From positions 3,030,001-3,062,000 of the forward strand of contig CP060262.1 of assembly GCA_022646745.1 (NCBI GenBank): 32,000 nt of DNA, read 5' to 3'. Both the position numbers and the translations under genes were made by a program. The notes below the pieces were generated by a model that did not search any database, was not told the DNA's origin, and was given only the letters and a program-made list of their open reading frames with translations. Each line of letters starts with the position of its first letter. Positions within the stretch are counted from its first letter, which is position 1. Source of the stretch: Planctomycetales bacterium. Lineage in GTDB: Bacteria > 4484-113 > JAFGCY01. Below, one piece after another: positions 8,177-14,863 of the stretch.

Positions 8177-9589
8177 TCAGCAGAACTGGAATTCCGGGCT
8201 GCCGAAGATCAGCCGGCAGGCCTGGTGCAGCATTTCCTGGCGGTACTTCTCCTCGCCGCGGGTCCTGTCCAGCAGGCCCTCGACATGGCTCGCCACGATC
8301 TGCCGTTTCTCCGCCGGCAGGCCGGCATCAAACACCTCGCACAGCCGGTCCACCACATCGCCGACCGATTCAAAGCGCCGGTTGCCGACGAGGTAGTTCC
8401 AGTTGATCGCTCCATTCTTCTTCTCAAACATCATGTCGGCGAACTTGATTCGTTCCAGCATCGTGGCCGAATTGACCCAGGCCGCCCCGCCGTCCCAGCC
8501 CGCCACGGTGGGCGGGTAGAGCAGCTGCTGGCCCATATTGCTCATGCTGCCCATCACGCCGCCGACCGCTCCACGCAGCAGGCGGCGCTTCTCCTTGTCA
8601 CTTTCCTGGAAGATGCTCACGAGGTCGAGAATGCCCGGCAGGTCGACCGCGCGGCTGATCCCGACGGTGAAGTCCGCCGGCGACTTGTACAGTGCACGCT
8701 CGGCCTTGGCGGAAAAGAACTCCTCGCTGGTGAACATATGCCTCAGCAGGGCCTTGACGCTGTAGTTGTTGTCACGGAACACCGCGGCGATCCTGTCGAC
8801 AATGTGCTCCTCGGGGTCTTCGTAGACGAACCAGCTCCACAGCTTGCCTGCGATGTAGCGGGCCGTGATTGGCTGGTCCAACAGGATGTCGATCACGTCG
8901 TCGCCATTCAGGTTGCCGCTCACGCCGAGCACGGTCTTGATCTCAGCGTCATGCTGGCCCTGGCGGAAGATGAACTGCGGCTCCACAGCGTTCTTGACTG
9001 CCGCCTGGATGCGGTTCGGGCGCTGGAAGGTCCAGCCGGTGAAGGCACGGGCGGCTTCCTGCACGTCCTTCTCGGTATAATTGCCGATGCCCATCGTGAA
9101 CAGCTCCATCAGTTCACGGGCGAAGTTCTCGTTGGGCTTGCCCTTGACGTTGGTGTTGTTGTCAAGGAAGCGCAGCATCGTCGGGTCCTGCGCCACGCTG
9201 ACGAGGATGTTGCGGAAATCGCTCGAGGCCAGCTCATTGAGCAGGTTGATGTGCTGCACCATCAGGTAGCCGTTCTGCACCTTTTCCGCTGAGCAGCCGA
9301 AGTGGTCGTGCCAGAACAGCGCGAGCTTGGCCTGCAGCGGGCGGCGGGTGGTCATCATGCGGTACAGCCACCAGGCGGAGACGATCGGCGCCGGCAGGTT
9401 GCCCTTGTTGTTGGTCAGCTGGAAGACATCGATCTGCTCCACTTCCTCGACCTGCCCGTAATTGAGCAGCTGCTCGAGCGTGGCATCCAGGCCCTGCTTT
9501 GCATGGTAGTCGATTTCCGACAGGCTGGCGCCGAAACCGGCCCGCCTGAGCAGGTGCGCTACCTTGCCGCGTTCAGTATTGAGCGCCAT
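8177..9589 (-). CDS. DUF1800 domain protein
   Basis: N-terminal VAHLLRRAGFGAS and LALFWHDHFG motifs are characteristic of DUF1800. It lies upstream of DUF1501, the usual pairing. Confidence 0.9.
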   Translation of the reverse strand: MALNTERGKVAHLLRRAGFGASLSEIDYHAKQGLDATLEQLLNYGQVEEVEQIDVFQLTNNKGNLPAPIVSAWWLYRMMTTRRPLQAKLALFWHDHFGCSAEKVQNGYLMVQHINLLNELASSDFRNILVSVAQDPTMLRFLDNNTNVKGKPNENFARELMELFTMGIGNYTEKDVQEAARAFTGWTFQRPNRIQAAVKNAVEPQFIFRQGQHDAEIKTVLGVSGNLNGDDVIDILLDQPITARYIAGKLWSWFVYEDPEEHIVDRIAAVFRDNNYSVKALLRHMFTSEEFFSAKAERALYKSPADFTVGISRAVDLPGILDLVSIFQESDKEKRRLLRGAVGGVMGSMSNMGQQLLYPPTVAGWDGGAAWVNSATMLERIKFADMMFEKKNGAINWNYLVGNRRFESVGDVVDRLCEVFDAGLPAEKRQIVASHVEGLLDRTRGEEKYRQEMLHQACRLIFGSPEFQFC

Positions 9590-9665
9590 ACACGTCCTCT
9601 GCGCTGTGGTGATTCACCCCTATGAGAGTACTCGCCCGCTGGGGAAGTTGCAAGAATGCGGCAAC

Positions 9666-10874
9666 TCAGACCTGCACCCTCGCGCTTTCCCGGATGATCT
9701 CGCAGACGCGCTCGATCTCCGCATCGGAGTGGTACCAGTGCGGGCTTAAGCGCAGCTTGCCCTCACGCACGGAGTGGATCACCTTCTGGCCCTTCAGCAC
9801 ATCGCTCAGCAGGCTGCCTGCCGGCAAGGTGAAGGAGAGGATCGCGCTGCGGTGCTCGCTGCGGTCGTAGTACAGGTCCAGCCCGCAATCGCGCACGCAG
9901 TAGGCAATGCGGTCGGCGTAGCCGATGGCGCGCTCCTCAACGCGTTGCGGGCCGGCTTCGAGGAAGATCTCGCAGGCGCGGCGCAGACCGAAGGCGGAGG
10001 GGAAGGGGACAGTGCCTAGGCTGAAGCGGTTGGCATTGTGCTTGGGCCTGACCGAGCGGTCTGTATAGCTCAGGTGGTTCAGTTCGAGCGCGAACCAGCC
10101 GTCGGTGCGCGGCGTGACCTGTTCCGGATCAAGCTGTGGGTCCACCCAGAGAAAGCCGCTGGCCAGCGGGGCACACAGCCACTTTGCGCCATGCCCGGCG
10201 ATGAAGTGCGCACCGGTGGCCTTCACGTCGATTGTCAGTGCACCGAGTCCCTGCATGCAGTCCACGGCATACCAGCTGCCGTTGGCACGGGCAGCGCGGC
10301 CGATGGCGGCAAGGTCCATCGTGTAACCGTGGAAGAAGTTCACCCAGCTCAGGGCCACCACTTTCGTCTTCGGTGTGATCGCCGCCAGCATGTCAGCGGT
10401 CCTGACTATGCCGTCGCCCTTGCCACTGGGGACAGCGCGCAGCACGGCCCCGCGGGAAGTCAGCTCCGACATCGCGGTGTACAGGCTGGGGAAGTCGTCC
10501 GCCGGGCAGATCACCTCGTCACCGGCTTCAACCGGGATGGCCTGGAAGGCGCGCAGCAGTGCGGTATGCGTGCTGGACAGCAGGCAGACTTCAGAGCGGT
10601 CCGTGGCGCCGATGAACTCCGCCACGCGCTGGCGGGACAGGCGCCAGCCGTCGAACCAGGGGTCCTGGTCGACACTGTCCGCCATCTGCTGCTGGGCCAG
10701 CTGCTCGTTGACAGCGGCGATCACCCAGTCCGAGAGCGGGCCGACCGAGGCGTGGTTCAGGTACAGGAAGTTTTGGATGCTCGGCTGGCTGGCACGGTAG
10801 CGCTCGAGGAAGGCCGGGAAGTCGGCGGTGGGCTGGATGGCAGGGGCGGGTGGCGCTTCTTTGAAAAAACTCAT
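9666..10874 (-). CDS. Aminotransferase class V-fold PLP-dependent enzyme (cysteine desulfurase / selenocysteine lyase-like)
   Basis: LYLNHASVGPLS near the N-terminus and GHGAKWLCAPLASGFLWV (PLP-lysine context). 402 aa, typical size. Confidence 0.82.
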   Translation of the reverse strand: MSFFKEAPPAPAIQPTADFPAFLERYRASQPSIQNFLYLNHASVGPLSDWVIAAVNEQLAQQQMADSVDQDPWFDGWRLSRQRVAEFIGATDRSEVCLLSSTHTALLRAFQAIPVEAGDEVICPADDFPSLYTAMSELTSRGAVLRAVPSGKGDGIVRTADMLAAITPKTKVVALSWVNFFHGYTMDLAAIGRAARANGSWYAVDCMQGLGALTIDVKATGAHFIAGHGAKWLCAPLASGFLWVDPQLDPEQVTPRTDGWFALELNHLSYTDRSVRPKHNANRFSLGTVPFPSAFGLRRACEIFLEAGPQRVEERAIGYADRIAYCVRDCGLDLYYDRSEHRSAILSFTLPAGSLLSDVLKGQKVIHSVREGKLRLSPHWYHSDAEIERVCEIIRESARVQV

Positions 10875-10922
10875 CTGGAGAGTATAAAGCTACAACCAGA
10901 GTTCGTGGATTTCACACTGTAA

Positions 10923-10949
10923 ACAAGGACCGGCGTCGCCCGGCGACGC
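10923..10949. repeat. Left 27-bp inverted repeat containing a REP-like palindrome (gcgtcgcc-c-ggcgacgc)
   Basis: Direct reading. The internal 8+8 palindrome is capable of forming a hairpin. Confidence 0.9.
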
Positions 10950-11008
10950 TTGGGAGAAGCAGGTTCAATTTTGTAGAAGATTGACATAACGTGCGTTATA
11001 CTTGTCAT

Positions 11009-11539
11009 ATGTTGGTGCCTCTACGAAACTCCAATCGACTCAAAGGATTTGATTACTCTTCTCCCGGTTACTACTTCGTTACCATTAGTACTGCTCGTAA
11101 CCGTCCAATCTTCGGCCGGACCGGGGTTGGAAACAGGATAGTCTTGAGCCGCTTAGGATGGATTGCGGAAGAGATATGGCTTAGAAATGACCTTGTGTAT
11201 CCGCATTTCCGAAACGATGAATTCTGCTTAATGCCAGATCATTTTCATGCGTTGGTGCAGTTAATCAAACCTGGAAATTCTTCAATTCCTGTCCCTAGTC
11301 TGTCGACTATTGTCAGGTCATTCAAGGGCTGCGTGACAAAGGAGATCCGCAGTGCAACGAGCGACAGCTCATTCAATGTCTGGCAACACGGATTTCATGA
11401 GAAGATCGTTAACAACGATCAGGCTCTGAACAGGATCAGGGATTACATCATGAACAATCCGCAGAAGCTTAATGAGCAGATTGAAGGAAGAAGACTGGCT
11501 GAAGATCTTCTATCCGGCAAACATCGAACTGACATGTAA
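11009..11539 (+). CDS. rayT: REP-associated tyrosine transposase (RayT; Y1 HUH transposase, IS200-like)
   Basis: N-terminal RLKGFDYSSPGYYFVTISTARNRPIFG, HUH motif PDHFHALVQ, and C-terminal catalytic-Tyr context RIRDYIMNNP. ATG 11009 is preferred over GTG 10991. Confidence 0.85.
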   Translation: MLVPLRNSNRLKGFDYSSPGYYFVTISTARNRPIFGRTGVGNRIVLSRLGWIAEEIWLRNDLVYPHFRNDEFCLMPDHFHALVQLIKPGNSSIPVPSLSTIVRSFKGCVTKEIRSATSDSSFNVWQHGFHEKIVNNDQALNRIRDYIMNNPQKLNEQIEGRRLAEDLLSGKHRTDM

Positions 11540-11552
11540 GATTGCCAACCAT

Positions 11553-11579
11553 GCGTCGCCGGGCGACGCCGGTCCTTGT
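11553..11579. repeat. Right 27-bp inverted repeat containing a REP-like palindrome (gcgtcgcc-g-ggcgacgc)
   Basis: Exact reverse complement of 10923-10949. Confidence 0.9.
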
Positions 11580-11630
11580 CCATGAATGAGACCAACGATT
11601 AATACATTCCATCTGCCTAAGGCTCTTTCC

Positions 11631-11738
11631 GCTACATCCTATGTCCCAGAACTGAGTTCCCTGATTGCTACACCCTACAACCTAAATCCGAATTCCTCGA
11701 ATGCTACACGACACAACCGAGATCCGATGTCCTCGCCA
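11631..11738. repeat. Three head-to-tail degenerate 36-bp tandem repeats, each starting GCTACA
   Basis: The units are 11631-11666, 11667-11702 and 11703-11738. Hand alignment without gaps gives 24/36, 26/36 and 19/36 identities for units 1/2, 2/3 and 1/3. Confidence 0.7.
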
Positions 11739-11756
11739 GGCTGTCAGACTGGCCTC

Positions 11757-13712
11757 CTAGTTCGCCACCAGTTCCAGGGCCCGGCTACTCGTTGCCAGCA
11801 TGCGGTCACGGGCGGCATCTCGCGCCGCCTCAAACAGCGGCAGCAGGTTGGCAGCGGCCTCCTTTGTGGTCTGGTAGAGAGTGTGGTAGTGGTAGCAGGC
11901 ACTCTTGATGTATTCGTTCGTGACGCCTTCCTCCGGCAGCGGCGTGCTGCGCACACCCTGGGCGAAGGCGTAGATCCCGGCCTGGTTGGACATCTCCACC
12001 ATCTTGCTCATTTCCGGATGGATGAACACCTCCTTGCGCAGGGCCACCAGGCGGTTGTACTGCTCGACGACCTCCTTCTTGGCGCTCACGCTGTCGTCAT
12101 CCTTCTCCAGCGCCTTCAGCGTGCGCTCCACGGCGGTCACACCCTTGCGGCAGTTCTCGATCGCGAGGCGGAAGTGCGCCAGCAGTCCGTCCAGCTCGTG
12201 CATCAGGGTGCCGTAGTCAATGTCATTGCCGGAGGCGTGGGCCTCATGCAGCATCGCCAGCACGTCGAAGTGCTCCGTCATGTACTGCTCCATCACCTCC
12301 GCCAGCGGCATCGGGCGGATCTCATCCGACTGCAGGATGCCGCCTTCAGTGGCGTTGATCAGGGTGCGCTCGCGCACCTCCGGCGCCTTGAAGCGATTCA
12401 GCAGGAAGTTGTAGTATGAGTACATCTGGCGGTTGGTCTTGATCGGCTGGCCAAAGATGTCAACCATGTCGATCAGCAGCGTGCCCTCACGCTGCAGCTG
12501 CGCGACCGTCATGTCCTTCTTCTGCTCGGTCTCGAAGTAGGTACCCCGGGCGTAGGTGCGGCCTTCGGGGAAGGACAGGTCCTGGCCGATGAAGATTATC
12601 GGGTCGCCCCCGATCTTGACGGCGATGTCATAGGCCATCACGGCCACCGATCCCCACACCAGCACGCGGCCGCGGTCACCAATCACGCGGTCCACCCAGC
12701 GCATGATGTTGTCATGGAAGGAACACATGAAGCGCGGGCCGGTCCAGTCGCGCACAGAGCTGATCGGGCTCTGGGGCTCGGCGATCAGGAATGTGCCCGG
12801 CAGGTCCACGTTGCGCAGGTGCTTGGCATTCGCTTCCTGCGGGTCACCGGTGACAACGATGTGTGGTGTTATCTTATTTGCCATCAGGATCTTCACCGCC
12901 GTGTCAACGGCGATGATCACGGCGCGGTCCTGCATCTGGTTGAGCAGGTGCATGTTCTTCTCAAGGCTCGGGCCGGCGGAGACGATCACCACCGGCTTGC
13001 CCTTGAAGCGGTCGATCAGGTGGCGGAAGGGTGGGTTGTCCAGCAGTTGCGGGAAGTTCAGCATGATGTTCATCTGCTGCATCTCGCCCATCACCATGAG
13101 CGTCTGCACGTTGCCACCGACTGCCGTCATCTCGTAACGGATCTTGTCAGCGAGGCGGTCGAACAGGTAGGAGTCGGGCAGCTTGTCGAAAGCCGGGTTG
13201 GAGATCATCCGCACGCCCTTGAACGCCGCCAGCTCGAACAGGTTCATGTAGTTGAACATCGCGTTCTGGATGTTGTGGTCACAGCTGACGGTGGTGTTGC
13301 TGCGGGTCATGATTTCCGAGAGGTCAGTGTGGCACATCGCCAGGTAGAACAGTTGCCAGTTCGGTTCGTAGATCAGCACGCGCTCATCCTGCGGGATGCG
13401 GCGCAGGATCTCCAGCACGCCGTAGCCAAGCCCCATGCCGAAGATCACAGTGAAGTTGCCATCGCTGCTCTTCTCGATGGCGGACTCGGCCCACTGGGCG
13501 GCCTCGCGCAGCGGGTCATAGGGGCTGTGCAGGAAGAAGTCGCGTTCGCCGTCGCTGTAGCGCAGGGTCGGCGGTCCACTGCGGCTTGGCTCCACATAGA
13601 CGCTGTCGACCTGGGTCTGGTCGCCGTGTTCATCATAGTGTGCCTGCAGCTTGTCCGCCAGCACTTCACTGGCCGTGCGCAGCATTGCGAGGTTCTTATC
13701 AAAGAAGGACAT
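11757..13712 (-). CDS. Motility-associated-factor (Maf) glycosyltransferase-like protein, DUF115 / MptE-like domain
   Basis: The central segment KGKPVVIVSAGPSLEKNMHLLNQMQDRAVIIAVDTAVKILMANKITPHIVVTGDPQ matches the DUF115 core. AGGAA RBS precedes the ATG. Confidence 0.72.
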   Translation of the reverse strand: MSFFDKNLAMLRTASEVLADKLQAHYDEHGDQTQVDSVYVEPSRSGPPTLRYSDGERDFFLHSPYDPLREAAQWAESAIEKSSDGNFTVIFGMGLGYGVLEILRRIPQDERVLIYEPNWQLFYLAMCHTDLSEIMTRSNTTVSCDHNIQNAMFNYMNLFELAAFKGVRMISNPAFDKLPDSYLFDRLADKIRYEMTAVGGNVQTLMVMGEMQQMNIMLNFPQLLDNPPFRHLIDRFKGKPVVIVSAGPSLEKNMHLLNQMQDRAVIIAVDTAVKILMANKITPHIVVTGDPQEANAKHLRNVDLPGTFLIAEPQSPISSVRDWTGPRFMCSFHDNIMRWVDRVIGDRGRVLVWGSVAVMAYDIAVKIGGDPIIFIGQDLSFPEGRTYARGTYFETEQKKDMTVAQLQREGTLLIDMVDIFGQPIKTNRQMYSYYNFLLNRFKAPEVRERTLINATEGGILQSDEIRPMPLAEVMEQYMTEHFDVLAMLHEAHASGNDIDYGTLMHELDGLLAHFRLAIENCRKGVTAVERTLKALEKDDDSVSAKKEVVEQYNRLVALRKEVFIHPEMSKMVEMSNQAGIYAFAQGVRSTPLPEEGVTNEYIKSACYHYHTLYQTTKEAAANLLPLFEAARDAARDRMLATSSRALELVAN

Positions 13713-13816
13713 CCATTCTTTCCTGACAGTGGTTTACATATGTACATCGGCAGCACAGTCGCAGCATTGAGTGTCAAGTTGACGCAAGCGCTTTACTGTG
13801 ATTTGATCTGCTACCT

Positions 13817-14863
13817 ATGATTCATCGGCTGATCCTGCTCGGTCTTGCATGCTGGCTGCTGGCTGCTGCACCTGCGCATGCCGCTCAGGCCGTCATTGCG
13901 CTGCCGCAGGGCAGGGAAGTTGTGGACATGCGCTGGCTGGACCGCGACACGCTTGTGCTGGTGGAGCGGGAAGCTGGTGAACTGCAAATCTCACTGGTCG
14001 ATGCAGGCGGTGCGGAACTGATGGAAATGGAGCTGCCCCGCAGCCTCGAACGGGCGGGGGGAGACCCTGAGCTGTTCAGGCTGGCCCTGTCGCCGCTCGG
14101 CAATTCGCTGGCAGTGGTGGAGCGCAATGCCAGCTTGCTGAGTGCCAGTCGCCTGTCCGCTTACCGCATCAGCCGGGAAGAGATAAGCGCCGTTTCCACC
14201 TACCGGATGCCGATGGAATTCTGGCCGGACAAATTGTGCTGGGATGAGGCCGGCAACAACCTGTTCATGTCAATGCGGCCCTACCTGCAGACGAAGCAGA
14301 AGAGCAGCCTTGGGATGTTCCGCATGGCTGATTCATCCTTCGTGGCCCTGCTGGAGCGTGAGAAGCTTGACCTGGTGGAGCAGCTGGCCTTCCTGCCCGG
14401 CAGTGGTGAGCTGGCGGTGCTGTGCAGTGCCTACGAGGGAGCATACCCGCGCAATCCGATGCTCGTGCTGGTCAATCCCGCTGGCAACCGGACGAGGGTC
14501 GTGCATGCCGATGCATCGCAGGGCCGGCTGCAGCTGCTTGACAATGGGGACCTGCTGCTGCGCACTGAGGCAGGCAGGTCCTCCACATGGATGATGCACG
14601 CAGGTGATGACTCACTGCAGCTCCTGGAAGGCAAAGGCCTGCCAGCATGGGATTGCCAGGTGAGTCGCGATGGCAGCTGGTTGGCCGGCATGTCCGGGAA
14701 AGGCCTGCTGCTGCAGGATGCTGACGCCAGCACTGCCTATGACAGTGGAATTGCCAGCGCGCTGTTCCGCTTCAACTTTGACGGATCAAGGCTGGCCGTG
14801 CTTGAAGAAGGCAACGCCATGCTTCACTTGATGGAGCCGGGCAATATTGTGTTGGATGACTGA
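13817..14863 (+). CDS. Secreted hypothetical protein, PD40/TolB-like beta-propeller repeats suspected
   Basis: Signal peptide MIHRLILLGLACWLLAAAPAHA. Recurrent motifs LSPLGNSLAVVE, VSRDGSWLAGMS and FNFDGSRLAVLE. The fold is inference. Confidence 0.7.
   Translation: MIHRLILLGLACWLLAAAPAHAAQAVIALPQGREVVDMRWLDRDTLVLVEREAGELQISLVDAGGAELMEMELPRSLERAGGDPELFRLALSPLGNSLAVVERNASLLSASRLSAYRISREEISAVSTYRMPMEFWPDKLCWDEAGNNLFMSMRPYLQTKQKSSLGMFRMADSSFVALLEREKLDLVEQLAFLPGSGELAVLCSAYEGAYPRNPMLVLVNPAGNRTRVVHADASQGRLQLLDNGDLLLRTEAGRSSTWMMHAGDDSLQLLEGKGLPAWDCQVSRDGSWLAGMSGKGLLLQDADASTAYDSGIASALFRFNFDGSRLAVLEEGNAMLHLMEPGNIVLDD

Larger units (their letters stand above)
10923..11579 (+). mobile_element. REPtron-like unit / IS200-IS605-like minimal element: rayT bracketed by perfect 27-bp inverted repeats
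   Basis: Left repeat acaaggaccggcgtcgcccggcgacgc is the exact reverse complement of the right repeat gcgtcgccgggcgacgccggtccttgt. The interior is visibly AT-richer than the flanks. Confidence 0.75.

Noticed and set aside
8120-9292. 390-aa plus-strand ORF antisense to the DUF1800 gene. Similar antisense ORFs: 6753-7523, 10038-10922, 12714-13820, 16963-17940, 18266-18793, 19272-19862, 20058-20804, 21955-22827, 27225-28121 and 29068-29985
   Set aside because: All overlap genes with family-level support or signal peptides on the other strand, and all have junk-like composition. I treat them as high-GC frame artefacts.
9646-9666. Hairpin agttgc-(9 nt)-gcaact at the 3' end of the aminotransferase gene as a terminator
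   Set aside because: It has only a 6-bp AT-containing stem, a large loop and no U-tract. That is too weak to call.
9666-10874. Class V aminotransferase as a second SufS/NifS linked to Fe-S assembly
   Set aside because: It is not adjacent to any suf/isc/nif gene, and the active-site Cys loop is not recognisable by eye. I keep it at the superfamily level.
11631-11738. Possible CRISPR array (36-bp repeat length)
   Set aside because: The units are contiguous with no spacers, only about two-thirds identical, and number just three. No cas genes are present.
11586-12419. 277-aa plus-strand ORF whose N-terminus translates the 36-bp repeats as 12-aa repeats (ATSYVPELSSLI / ATPYNLNPNSSN / ATRHNRDPMSSP)
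   Set aside because: About 80% of the ORF is antisense to the Maf-like gene with junk composition. There is no RBS, and the periodicity is explained at the DNA level.
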